Shown: piece by piece, positions 49,465-62,177 of the stretch | Position numbering within the stretch: the first letter of the stretch is position 1 | How the letters are laid out: each line of letters starts with the position of its first letter | NCBI GenBank assembly: GCA_030704615.1 | Contig: CM060734.1 | Coordinates: 22,630,001 to 22,694,000 of the forward strand | Direction: 5' to 3' | Source: Takakia lepidozioides | Lineage: Eukaryota; Plantae; Bryophyta | DNA: 64,000 nt | The notes under the pieces: model-generated | Databases searched by the model: none | What the model saw: only the letters and a program-made list of their open reading frames with translations | Told to the model about the DNA's origin: nothing | Program-made: the position numbers and the translations under genes

Positions 49465-51502
49465 GAGACTTGGCAACCAGCCCACCCCCCCAAACGCAGG
49501 CTGCCTCCCCTGTGCCCACCGTTGTCACGAGAGGCACGAGAACTGGCTCGGCAAAGAAGGCACTCTTCAACCCCCCAGGGGGGCACCCTTTCGAGCCGGT
49601 GGAAATGAAGAGGCCGAAAGTGGCTCCCGAAACAGTAGTCCAGTGTGTAAATGAGAGTTTCTTGGCGGCTTTGGATGGACGGGCAGCGAAGTTGGCATAC
49701 ATGAAGACCATGGAGGGTCTGAAGGGCAGAGCACTGAAGAAGGCGACTGTCGAAGAGCCTTCCGACACCCCAGGATTTCAGAATATGGTCTCGTTCTTTG
49801 AGAGGGTGTGTGCAGACAAGGATTGTAGGAGGGGCGGAAATGCCACCGAGTGGTCTTGCGATATGATCATCTTGGATATTCCGGACGGAGAGCCTGTGGA
49901 AGGACTGCAAGCTTTGCCATCTTGGAACAGGTACTCAGAGGACTTTTGGAAGAAAGGATTCGGGCTTGCCCGCATGGTGTTGGATGACAGAGGCTGTGTG
50001 GTTGTCCTGGCGAGCAGAGGAAAAAACACTCAGACAAGAATTGCGAAGTGGACCCGGAAGAGCGCCGTCCCGATTCTGAAAAAGAAGTGGACGTGCATCA
50101 ACACACTGGGCCTTCGGTCGGAAGGGAAGAAGGTGATTACGACACTGGCACTCGTCCATTCATTTGCTTGGGTGTTTTCAAATGCGGTGCCGCATTCGGT
50201 TTCTAATCGTTTTCCCCCTGTGTATGCAGACGAAGCAGTTCGATGCATACTGCTTTGTGAAGGAGAACTCCACCTTTGCTTTCCGGAAGGAGGGAGGAAA
50301 GGTTGACCCGAATTGCGACCCACTCGATTACGACGTTCTGTTCAACAACGTTCCCAAAGAACTTCTCCCTCATAGCCTCACTTCAACGGAACCCCTGCGG
50401 TACTCACGGACTCGGAGCCCTGCCTTCATTCAGACATTTATGGAGACATGCACAGACGTGGAGGGCACAGTGCTCGACCTCATTTGTGGGACAGGTATGC
50501 AGAATCTTGATCTATGCTGTTCTGCAAATTCTCGTTAGGATGTAGTTCGCAACATCTGAAGCGCCATGTGGTAATGTGTGGATGGCATTGTAACAAGTGC
50601 CTCAATGTGGGCTGGGCGGTTTCCGACCGGCACCTCTTTGCCTACGAGGAGGATTCATCCGTGTGGGGATCCCATCTGGAAGGGCTGCAACGGAATGTTA
50701 AGGCTCCCGACAGAGCGGAAGTCTCCTCGGATTCGTCGGAGTCCGAGGAAGACACAGTGGACATTGATGCGGAGGAGAACCCGGAATACGAGTGAGTGCA
50801 AACATTGTAAGTTTGCAAAGCCTTCTGGGTCATTTATGTCAAACGAATTTCCCGACTGTGGTTCTCATTAGTCTTGTTGATGATTGTCATGTACAGGATT
50901 GCAGGGTCCGGGTCGAAACATGTAGGGCCTACACTTCCTGCCAGGAAGAATGTCCCGTTCTTTGTGAGGGCCGACTTCATGACGAGCCCGGTGAGGGACT
51001 ACTCCCTTCCTAGTTATGCAGCTAAACTCGCAAATACAGCGATTAGAAGAAGTGAGAATCCCAGTAAAGTAGAGCAGATTTTGGAGAGGGCTAGGGAGGA
51101 CAGAAGGATAAGGAAAGAGTTGGCAGCAGCTCAGACAGGTAGACGGGTACGAAAGTACATATGTGATTCAGCGGATGAGAGCGACGCAGACAGGGAGAAA
51201 GACGACCCAACGGAGGTGAGATGGACAGTTCCGCAAGGGGAAGATGGGATTTTCGAAAGCCTGGCCAACGAGCAGTCCGCTGGAGATGAGAAAGGCACTA
51301 AGGGGGTGGAGGCGGAGCAGGACAGTCTAGAACAGGATGAGGATTCGGATGATTTTCAAGATTAATAGAATTTTAATGAAGTCGCTGTAAATGTAAATTC
51401 TCTTCCAGAGTATATAAAGGAAATTCTGCCAGACATTCGTGACCCCTCTCCAGTGTGCATTCCAGCCACACAATCGCTCAAACCACGACGCTCCCAAAAT
51501 CA

Positions 51503-52202
51503 GAAATGAGGCACCGCATTTCCAAAATTTTGGCAACTCTAAGAACCTCTTTGGAAATGCGGCACCGCATTTCCAAAACAGGGGAGGGACTAAATTTTCC
51601 ATTTCAATGTTGGCATAGTAAAAAGTAATCGGCCGATTGGAAATGCGGTGCCGCATTTCCAAAATTTCCTTTGTCCACACGCCAGTTTTGGCCTCTCCCG
51701 CTCATTGCATGGATGCCACCACGCTTACAGAGGTCGAACAAGGATGTCGAACAAGGAGGTCGAGATGGCGGAATTGAAAATGCGGTGCCGCATTTCCATA
51801 TTGGGGATGGTCGTTGTTCGAACTGCAGGCCCATCACCAAAAATTGGCACCACATTCCATTGTAAAAAAAAGTCGATGACGGACATGGAAATGCGGCGCC
51901 GCATTTCCAGAACGGACATCGCAATTTGTCCATTTGCAGACCCTCTCACGGAAATGCGGTAACGCATTCCATCGCGCTGGTCGGAAATGTCACACTTTTC
52001 GAAGTGTTGGACGGAAATGCGGCACCGCATTCCCTTGTCCAAAAAGAAGTTTCCATTGCCAAGCTGGAAATGCGTCGCCGCATTTGCAATGCCAACCTCG
52101 TTGTCTGTCCAATTTATAGACCCGTGTTGGTATTTCGTGTACCTGGACGGAAATGATGCACCGCATTTCCTTGTCCCACATGGAAATGCGGTGCCACATT
52201 TC
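51503..52202. repeat. Second cluster (~10 copies) of the GGAAATGCGG-NN-CCGCATTTCC palindrome
   Basis: Copies near 51504, 51554, 51640, 51778, 51888, 51951, 52014, 52067, 52150 and 52183. Confidence 0.9.
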
Positions 52203-52459
52203 ATTGTCCCACATGGCGTTACTCTGGTATATTCTTGACACATGACTCACATACCGGTTACTCTGCTATATTCATCCGGACAGACACATTGTAGAAATGA
52301 GACATCAAATTGTAAACAGTGGGCCAATTCCGACAGTTATTCAACAGAATGAAACACAATCACACAGAAGTGAGGTACGATGGGTTTATTGATCGGACAC
52401 GATGTCTCACATTTACCAACTGCAGACAAAACTAAGCCCTTCCTCCTTCTACATGGGCT

Positions 52460-53037
52460 TCACCAAGTCGACGGAACTTCGATACCCCTCAAAACAAGCT
52501 CATCACTGTTGCGGCACCTCGAGGTAAACTGCAATTTGGTCGTTCTGCTGCCCTTGCTGGAGCCGACGACAATGTCATGTCCATCAATGATACCACCATC
52601 ATACATTGACAAGGTCAATGTGGGCCTCATGTGCCCGTGCGATTCGTCTTCGCAACTCAGCCGAATGTCTCCATACACTGGAAGAGCGGAGTGATCTGCA
52701 CGTATATAGTTTTCCCCGGTGCCGTCCTCCTGGTCCACTGGCAGCAGTTCCAGCGCCAAAGCGAGGCCGTGCGTGATCTGTCCGGCATCCCTTTCCAGCT
52801 TGGTATATCGAGGTCAACAATTTTCAGGACCCACGGACCGCATTGACCCTCGCCCTCACCTCGCTCAAAGCGGTAATAGCCCTCCAGATACTCCATTGCG
52901 CGCAAAGACTCTTGCTTGATTCCAGCAGCGTCTGTGAAAACAGAGAGCCAGACAATGATGTCTCCTGATTCTGGTTTGAACATAGCATAATCGTGGCCAT
53001 GATAAGGGCAGTCGGCTGGATTTTGGCGGCACGACAT
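52460..53037 (-). CDS. Unknown ~190-aa MULE cargo protein, paralog 1 (one frameshift)
   Basis: MSCRQNPADCPYHGHDYAM..SGDIIVW..RWNCCQWT..YGDIR..YDGGIIDGHDIVV..ELVLRGIEVP; homologous to 53569-54131. Confidence 0.65.
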
Positions 53038-53568
53038 CCTTGAAAAAGAGTAGCGGAGTACGCTCAATGACAGCAGCTCCCGGATGGAGGAGGAGCAGCG
53101 CGGTGGCTGGAAAAAGTTCAAGCTAACGCTGCAATTCCTCACAAACACTCCAGGGCACATTTAAATTTCCCCCCTACAGGATCCTGGACCGATGAAGATT
53201 GGCTGCTTCATGAATGTAGCCGTTTCAGTTTCCTACCCTGCCATGCAAACTATGGGCACTCACTGCCAGGTGGGCCGATAGCCACTGGACACGACGAAGT
53301 CCATCCCCTCTTCGATGTAAATGCGGCGCCGAATTTCCATCCGGGGGGATGGACTTCGGTGGCAGATCTCAAACTATAACTTCTTGATGAGAAAGATGTA
53401 TGGGTTCATCCACCTCCGTCGGTGGGTACGTGGGACCCAGATGCTCCATTATTGGAGGCCGGACTGCTCTTCCGCTTCGCATCATTTCCAAAATCTAAGG
53501 GCTTCGTAGCTGTCCGCAAGGTCATTGTCATCTGTATCCAAGTCGTCCTCAGGTCCTCCTTTGCAAGG

Positions 53569-54131
53569 ATGCCGTGCTTCCGGAACCGGGACGACTGCCC
53601 ATTTGGAGGCATCGATTATGCAATGTATTCGGCCACATCGGGAGACATTGTTATCTGGTACACAGATTACACAGAAGATACTGGTTCGATTGTGGAAACA
53701 TTGGTGGCTTTTGAGTATATCGTAGGCCACTACGCCTTTGAGCGGGGTGACGATCTTGGTCTGAGGAGTCTGTGGCTCCTGCGCATCCTCGATTCCGATT
53801 TCCCAGCTACGACGGTCACCCATGCAGAAGAAGGCGCACTGCTATGCTGTTGCGGTGGAACTGCTGCCACTGGACGTGGGTGGACTCCATCGGAGAGACC
53901 TATTCTCCTCAAGGAGTGCGCTCCTCTTCTCCATTGTATGGGGACATTCGCATTGGTGTGGACGACGAAAATGTGAAGATTTTCATATTCGATGGTGGTA
54001 TGATTGAAGGGCAGGACATTGTGGTGAACATCACTAGGGGCGGTACAACGGCTGCAATCAACTTTACATGGAGGAGCCCCATGACTCATGAGCTAGTTCT
54101 GAGAGCAGTCGAAGTCCCATTGACAACGTGA
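53569..54131 (+). CDS. Unknown ~190-aa MULE cargo protein, paralog 2 (one frameshift)
   Basis: MPCFRNRDDCPFGGIDYAM..SGDIVIW..RWNCCHWT..YGDIR..FDGGMIEGQDIVV..ELVLRAVEVP. Confidence 0.65.
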
Positions 54132-54602
54132 CTTGTATTCAGTAGGCACAGGGCTAAAGATTTGATTGCACAATCAGCACAGTAGACGTGCTTCAAATGC
54201 AATTCATGTGGATCAATAAAAACCTCATTGTGCCCTCTTTTTATTCTATTCTGTGTCCATCGTTCCTAGAATGCGTCATTGCTCATTTCGTTTGGGATTG
54301 GGAGTGTGGGTGGATTTTGCAAGTGGCTGGTAGGCTGAAATGGGCCCCCATTGTACAGAGCAGTACCACCCTACCATTCGCGAAACATTGCCTTTCAATA
54401 TATAATTCTAAATAACATTGCCGAACCTCCTTCATCGGGAGGTCCTTCTCCCCCTATGACCGTGGCACCCTAAACCCTATTCCCGCGGACACTCATTTCC
54501 GGAAAATAGTGCTGCTCATGTTTTTTTCCACACTTACGACTCTGCTCATGGCTCATGCCGCTCATGGCTCATGGCTCATGAAATAGCAGCCCCCTCCCAC
54601 GG

Positions 54603-57600
54603 CCAGCACTAGTAGTGGAACAAGTAGTATCGGTACTTCTGCAGAAGGTGCTACTACTCCTCCTGCCACGACTACAACACATGTGCCTAGATTCAGCCCG
54701 GTGGTGGAGTTCTTCCAGGAGTTGCGGAGGAACTACCAAGGTGTACGGACAGAGAAGCTGCGAAGTTTGCAAAACTTCCAGCGCAAATCCAGTGAGAGCT
54801 TGCGAGAGGCCTACACTCGTATGAGGCGCTTGATAAGTGTGACCCAGGGGGTTACTGAAGCTCAGGCAATCCAGTTCTGGTATGGAATTTTGGACAAGAA
54901 GCTCAGGAGAAGGGTGCGGGATGCAACCCTGTTACAAGCAGCCCAACCCACATTAGCAGATGTGTTTCTATTGGCTGAGCGGATTGAGCTCAACATGGTG
55001 GAGGAGCGAGTTGTTACCATTGGATCTGGCAAGGACATGCCTGCACGAGGCGCAGCTGCTAGCCAATAGACACAAGGGACTGCCCAACGGCGTGGTCAGG
55101 GGGGCAAGGTTGCCCAACCCAAATTCCATGGAGCTTACAAGGGACCTCAGGTGCAGAGGCCAGTAGCTTTTTTTGCAGGCCAACAGCAACCAGGGGTGGT
55201 ATGTTGGACATGTGGAGGACCCCATGTCAAGAAAGATTGCCCAGAGAGTGGCAAAGGGCTGGCACAAGCACAACCTGCATAGTTGCAGTGTGGGCATTGT
55301 GGCAAGTATGGGCATAGAGATGCCCAGTGTTATGACTTGCACCCTGAGTTGCGACGAGGCCAATTCCAAGGGAACAATGGTGGCCGAGGGCAAGGTGGAG
55401 CACCTCAGAGAGGATGAGGTGGTCAGGCACAAGGTGCAGGACGAGGGCAAGCATAGTATGGCCAAGGACGTGGAGGTCAAGGCGTTGACCAAGGCATGGC
55501 CAACCGGCTTCAGCAGCTAGAGCAACGGCTTGCTGCCATGGCCATAGCTCAGGTGGTACCAACTCCAAGACCCGAGGGTCCACCTCTTGTTCCTCCTCAG
55601 CAGCGTCATCCTGACGGAGGAGACATGGGAGGCATGGGATTTATGTGTGGGGCAGCACTATCACTAGTGCAGGTGGAGTCTGCTGCAGCCGTCACTCGAG
55701 GAGCAGCACGAGTTCCTGAGCCACGAGGTGCAGAGGTGGAGTTAGATCCACAGCGTAGGGAGGCAAGCCGTCAGGCTAGGTTGCCTCAATCATTCATCTT
55801 GGGGGAGACAGTGTCGACGACATCCATGGCACCTAGTTCTCGCCCGACAGATACATAGGCCGTTATTGTGCAATTGGGGAGAGCTACACGTACAGCACTA
55901 GCACCGGCTGCCAAGGCTAGTGCAACCAGTGTGTTGTTGGGGGCAGCCACCTCTATGTGTCAAGCCCCACTGTTCTCGGCAACCATGATCGCGACACCGG
56001 GGATAAGACCAGCTGTAGTGTTCAGACTAGCAGCAACACTCTACGAGAGTGGGGAGATCACTTCATCTTCTGCGGAATTAGTGGAAGGTGTAGTGGCAGA
56101 GGGATCCTCGGATTTGAGGGTCAAGACTGCCACGGCTGTGCCATGGCAATCTGCAACTGCCAGGTTGACGGAGCTGCCAGCTAGGCCAACCTTTGAGCGC
56201 GCCATGGTGACATCTGGAGTTGTCTTGTTAGACAACCAGGATGGCATTTTCTCTTTGAGTGGACCGGCAGGCAAGAGGTACCGGCCACTGCGGGTCTTGT
56301 TGGACTCGGGAGCTCAGCCACTGATGTTGGGCAGAGCTGCTATTGTAGGTTTGGGCCTCATGGAGACGGATATGGAGCCTTGTCCTTTTCAGATACAGAC
56401 ATCTCTGGGAGGATCAGAGCAGGCTCGGGGCATGACACGGCGTGAGTTGGCCATTAGACTACAGCCGGATCATCGTATAGATGGCTTAGTGATGCGAGCC
56501 AAGGCCATTGTGACAGATGCGGTCTCTTACGATGTCCTCGTTGGTGGGGCAGTGTTATATCTCATGGGCTTCACCCTGGATTTTTGGGAGGAGTCAGCAT
56601 CCTACAGGCCTGGATGGCAGTCAGGGGATGGTCGTCGTGTACAACTCCCTGTGACAGTCATTGGGGATGTTGCTGCTGCCCAGCGGGGCAAGATGCCAAC
56701 ACTAGCAGCCTTCACAGCTACAGTTAGTTGGCCTAGAGAGTTGCCGGAGGGCAATGCCCATGCAGAGGATGTGCCACCTCCAGCAGAGCAGGATAACATG
56801 CATGGTACGGCGGAGTTATCTGCCATGGTTGCTCACACTCCATTGTGGGGTACGAGCAAGGATTTGCAACAAGCTGCTGATAGACAGGTACAACAAGCCT
56901 GGGTAGAGGCCTTCGTACCATCAGGAGAGGAGGAGAGTGCAGTGATTGCACCAGGACCACCTTAGTTGTCGCCATTGGACACCACACCTCTTGTGTGGCA
57001 GTGCCCGGATGAAGGCATATGCCTTCTGGACTTGTTTGGCGGGATCAGCACTGGATTGGCTACAGTGCTGCAGGCAAGTGTACGAATTCAACGTTACCTG
57101 TATGTGGAGAGGGATGAGACTGCACGACGCGTCTCACTGCGCCATGTTGCTCAATTGGTGCAGCAGTACACTGATTTGTTGTCAGTGTCTGCAGTTCATG
57201 GATACCAACAAGCATTGCCAGCAGACATCTCTTTGCTGGGGGCGCATGGTTTGGAGCGGGTTGACCCTATTCACTTGGTAGTGGCAGGTTGGCCCTGCCA
57301 AGGACATTCATCAGCCGGGCATGGCAATGGGTTACACGACTCAAGGTCACGCCTGTTTTGGGAAATATTGAGGGTCCTACGTTATTTACAACTTCAGCAG
57401 ACAGACTCTCCAGCATATATCTTGGAGAATGTGCCATTGATGGGTGATTCTCGGGCCAAGGTGATGGCCAGTGTGCATCAAGTGCGGTCTTGGCTTGGGT
57501 TAGCAGTGTTGCTGGATGCAGCTGCAGTGGGGTCATGGGCTCATCGCCCACGACTATGGTGGACCAACTTGATGTCACCTGCACTGCTCAAGCGTGCATT

Positions 57601-60600
57601 TGATGGGGTGCAGCGGCCACCACACCTGACGGTGGATAGCATTTTGGACATAGGGAGACAATCTCAGTGTGTGAGACACGATGACCGATCACCTTTGGCA
57701 GTGGTCAATAAGGTGGGTCACCCACGAGCCGCATTGCCTACACTGCTCAGTTTTCCAGGATCCCATGCTTTTCGGGATGGTGGACCTGGCCTCTTGTGGG
57801 ATAGCCAGTTGCACCAATTAGTGGAGCCCAATGCTGACGAGCGCGAGCGGGCGATGGGTTTTACCACTGGTACCATGGCGGTGCCATCTCTTTCTGAGGC
57901 ATCACGTCGTCAGGTGTTGGGGCAAGCAATGGATCTCAATTGCTTGACCTGGATTATCAGCTTGGCTATGGCTAAGCAGCGCCGAGTACGGAGTACAATT
58001 CCCTTGATGGTATCCCTGCCTACCGAGACGGTACAGGCAGCGAGTGGGGGCGAACAGGTGAGGACCACAAGGTGCAAGCCGCATCCATGGCACACGTGGG
58101 AGGTGCTCGAGGTTCAAAAGGAGTTGGCAGCCAAGGCGGCCGTGATGGATGAGGTTGGGGATTTTTCTCGGGTTGAGGAGGTCTTCAAGGATGGGATGAT
58201 GGGGCAGGATGAGACATTGTCACTGACAGAGGAGACAATGGTCACTGCTCAAGAGGTTGCAGCATAGCAACGGGATGCGTCTTCTACCTCTAAGCCTGCT
58301 GGACTCAAGGTTGCAGTCACGGAGGACAACTGGGAGCCTGATGTTGGACCTATAGTCACCGGAAGATAAAGATGACGTATACGGCGGTTCTTGAGGGCTT
58401 ACAGGAACTGCTTTGCCTTCAGTTGAAGGACTTAAGAGCACTGAAGGGTCAAGAGATTCGCAATGAATTGGCTACTGACACACCAATCTTTCGGAGACCC
58501 TATAGATATAGTGACATGGAGAGGTCATTGATTCAGATGAGAACTCAGGACCTTTGGGAGGCTGGTTTGGTGGAGCTATCTGGGGGAGAGTATGCTTCAG
58601 CCACAATGATGCCAGCCAAGAAGGATGTCTATGGCAATTGGACGGAGAGACGTATGTGCGGTGATTACCGGCCTGTAAATCGTCAGACCAAGTCTGATAG
58701 GTTTGTCATGCCGACACCAGAGGAGATCTTTGATGCCATTGGGCATGCCAAGGTCTTTAGCACTTTGGATTTACGATTCCGATATCACCAGTTGCCGATC
58801 AAGGAGGCGGATAAGCAGAAGACGACATTCTGGGGGATCAATGAGCACGGGAAGGATTGCCTATACCAGTGGCGGTTCTTACCATTTGGGCTTAAGAACG
58901 CTCCGGCAGAGTTTCAGAGAGTCATGGACAGGATTCTAGCAGGGGTGGAGTTTGCTCGGTGCTACATATATGACATCATCATTTTTAGTGCTACGGTGGA
59001 GGAGCATGAGAGACACCTTCAGGTGATATTTGAGCGCTTGAGGGCGCACGGATTGAAGTTACATCCGGGGAAGTGCAAGTTTTTCCACAACCAAATTGAG
59101 TATCTGGGTCACATGATATATCCTGGAGGATTGGGGGTACAGCAGACTAAGGTAAAGTCCATTGCACAGATTCCACGCCCCACGGATGTGAGCCGAGTTC
59201 GAGCTTTCATGGGGTTAGCAAACTATTATAGACGGTTTGTTAAGGGATTTAGTGCCATTGCAAAGGCTCTAACCAAACTGACCAAGGTGGACCAGGAGTG
59301 GCAGTGGGAAGATGAGCAAGAACAAGCTTTTCAAGAGCTCAAGGCGAGGTTGACCTCGGCGCCCATCTTGAGACGACCTATCAGGGGGCGTCCTTTTCAG
59401 CTGCATATAGATTGGAGCATGCTGGGGCTTGGAGCGGTGCTCACACAGGTGGATGATGAGGGAATAGAGTTCATAGTGGCTTATGCTAGTCGCTCGAACA
59501 ACGCTGCAGAGTCTAAGTATAGCTCATATGAGGGAGAATGCTTAGCTGCAGTGTGGGCCATGACACACTTCAGGTGCTATCTATACGGCAATCTCTTCAC
59601 CCTTGTCACGGATCATCAACCACTCAAGTGGTTGATGGAGTCAGACAAGCTTACGGGGAAGCTTGCACGGTGGGCACTCATTCTTCAAGAGTATGACTTT
59701 CAGGTTGTGCATTGACCGGGTTTGGTCAATTGGGATGCAGATGGGTTTAATCGCAATCCATGCACAAGCCAGCAGGATGACACTGGAGCTCGGTGGCATG
59801 GTGAGACAAACAAGGAGATGGTGCCCGGATGGCATGCATCTGCATTTCTGTGTATCTTGGCAGCGGAAGGCCAAGTTGGACCTGCAATAGGGATGACTGT
59901 AGATCAAGTGTCTGAGGACCCTGAGGCCAGCAATGAGCAAAGTGGCGCCAAAGATATACATGAGGATTCAGCTGTGTTGGACTACCTCCGCACTGGAGAC
60001 ACGGCAGCCACTGTGACTGCCAAGGAGAGGGATTGGATCCTACAACGAGCCAAGAGGTTCAAGTGGGAGGAGACACACCTGCTCCGAGTGTGGGAGGATG
60101 GTCGAGTGAGGATTGTGCCTCACCCAACATAGCGGGCACGGTTAGTGCGGCATGTCCATGAGGAGTTGGGGCATTTTGGGGTGCGACGCACTCATAGTCT
60201 ACTGCAGGGGCAGTATTGGTGGCGTGGTATGCACACAGAGGTGCAACAATTTGTGGCTAGGTGCATGGTGTGTGACAGGGTGCGTGCATCATTCAACGCC
60301 CCTACTCCACAATTGCACCATCTTCCGATCATGGGATTGGGCTACAGGTGGAGTCTTGACTTCGCAGGGCCATTGCCACTGACCATGCGCCACAACAAGT
60401 ACGTGTTGGTGATGGTGGAGCACTTCTCCAAATGGATCGAGTTGGTTCCATTGCCTGATAAGGCTAGTGAGGGAGCTGCGTTTGCATTCTTGGATTGTGT
60501 ACTTAGCCGATTCGGTGCTCCAGCTGAGGTACTCACGGACCAAGGGAGAGAGTTCTTGGGGGAGTTTCAGGCTTTGTGTGACAAGGCTTTGGTAGACCAC

Positions 60601-61397
60601 CGCACCACTTCTCGGGATCATCTTGAGGCTGATGGCTTGCAGAGAGGGTTGTTCAGATAGTAAAGAGGGGTTTGTGCAAGTATGGCTTGCAGAATGGACA
60701 CCTAGGAGATGGGGACCTTCAGTTACCCTGGTTAGCCATGGGCTACAGGTTCAGCAAGCAAGCATCACTTGCCTCTTTCTCACCATACTTTCTTCTCTTT
60801 GGCCGAGAGCCAGATTTTCCTACATCCATTCGTAGAGAAGCTACTACAGTTCTTAACCTTGATGATCCGGACGTGTGGGCACGTGCATGTGATCAGCGTG
60901 TAGAGTTGTTCAAGAAAGTCATGCCCATGGCTTTCGAGAATCTTGCCATTGCACAACATCGTGATACGTTGAGGTATGCTACCATACGTGGTGGGGGCTA
61001 TCGTCGTGGGATCCGGAGATTTAACCCTAGTGACTATGTTTATCTGCAGCAGACTACTCCTATGATCTTGGATGTGACTGCAGGACGTGTTATTTTGAGG
61101 GTTCGAGAGGTATTGCCCTCAGGCGTCTTGATCTTAGAGGGTCGGGATGGCATAACTTGGAAGGACCATGTGCGTAATTGTGCGCCATGTCACCTTCCGA
61201 ATGTCGATGGCAGGATTGACCCAAACCTGGCAGTGGTACCTGCAAGTTTGAGGTGCATGTTGTGTGGGTCTGCTAGAGGGGCAGCCACCATGCTGGTGTG
61301 TGATCGATGCTCTAGAGGTTGGCATATAGGATGCTTGACTCCACCTCTTGAGATGGTTTCTGATGGGGATTGGTTATGTCTGCATTGCATTGGATAG
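54603..61397 (+). pseudogene. Outer Gypsy gag (3' part)-PR-DNMT-RT-RH-INT-PHD
   Basis: Same motifs as the inner copy (DNMT ~57017-57970, PHD ~61254-61390); RT YIDD changed to YIYD; multiple stops. Confidence 0.92.
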
Positions 61398-61654
61398 TGG
61401 GAGTGGATACAACCATGGAAGGCTAACAAGAAATGCAAGGTCAAGCTACTAGGAGACCAACACACGAGATCCTGGCTCAAGTTCACAGATTGCAAGACGG
61501 CGACTAACGATGGGGCTACTCTTGTACCCGGCCTCTTGGTCTATAGAGTTTGAGTACAATAGGGACAGTGATAGAGGACTTAGTACGGTTGTGGCTATTA
61601 CATCTTGTAGCTATCTGGAGTTAGAGGGACCTAACCACCAGCTAGGGGGGCGAT

Positions 61655-62177
61655 TGTGGCAGACTACTTTATTGTGTATATATGTGTGGTGTGGTTTGGA
61701 CAGCGATATAGTTGTGTAGCGATACGTATGCGCACGACAACTGTCAAGTTAAATAAACACAGTGTGAAACTAACTAGAATAAATCTAGTTATTTGTATTC
61801 AACACTTGGAATTAGTTCAAGTGTTAAGTCAGGTGTCAAGTTTAGCTTGACACCTGAACCATCTTATCTTCACGAGCTCGTCAGTCGTGCGGCTCATCTC
61901 TCTCGAGTTGAGCCTGCACGACCGAGCTCCTTCACTGCTTAGAATCTGAGTGTGCTTATGAAGGGAGAATAGGATGTTGTGGGGTGGAATCCCCATAGCT
62001 TGGGGTGCCCTGGCTCGACTCTTAGTTTAACGAGTGATGGTGTTGTATTTCATGTTCTTGTGTCAACAGTGTGAGTCTAAGTTTCTATCTATTGTGGCAG
62101 ACTACTTTATTGTGCATATATATGTGGTGTGGTTTGGACAGCGATGTAGTTGTGTAGCGATACGTATGCGCACGACA
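61655..62177 (+). repeat. Outer element 3' end: B (61655-61739), AC, A (61742-~62090), B (62093-62177)
   Basis: The two 85-bp B copies differ at 3 positions; homology ends exactly at GCACGACA, as in the inner element. Confidence 0.92.

Larger units (their letters stand above)
32486..51365 (+). pseudogene. Multi-exon MULE cargo gene: ParB/Srx-like domain plus beta-class N4C/N6A DNA-methyltransferase-like domain; interrupted by the inner Gypsy
   Basis: FFVWDGNHRLLAW at ~33760; DMIILDIPD at ~49870, ARMVLDDRGCVVV, FIQTFMETCTDVEGTVLDLICGTG at ~50425-50496, RHLFAYEED. The frame EDSDGD|LATSPP is restored across the GAGA TSD. GT-AG introns; one TGA at 33574. Confidence 0.75.
25518..54593. mobile_element. 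Mutator-like (MULE) DNA transposon, ~15.3 kb excluding the nested LTR element
   Basis: TSD CTCCCACGG at 25509-25517 and 54594-54602 (8 bp if the first C belongs to the element). Imperfect TIRs share CTATTTCATGAGC. Subterminal (CATGAGC)n and (GCTCATG)n repeats. Removing the element restores the gag sequence seen at ~40238-40270. Confidence 0.93.
23741..62177 (+). mobile_element. Outer (older, degenerate) Ty3/Gypsy element carrying DNMT and PHD; 5' terminus missing; interrupted by the Mutator-like element
   Basis: 23741-25517 plus 54603-62177 are colinear with the inner copy (extra ORF, gag, PR, DNMT, RT, RH, INT-PHD, PPT, B-A-B end); many CAG>TAG and CGA>TGA stops. Confidence 0.93.
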
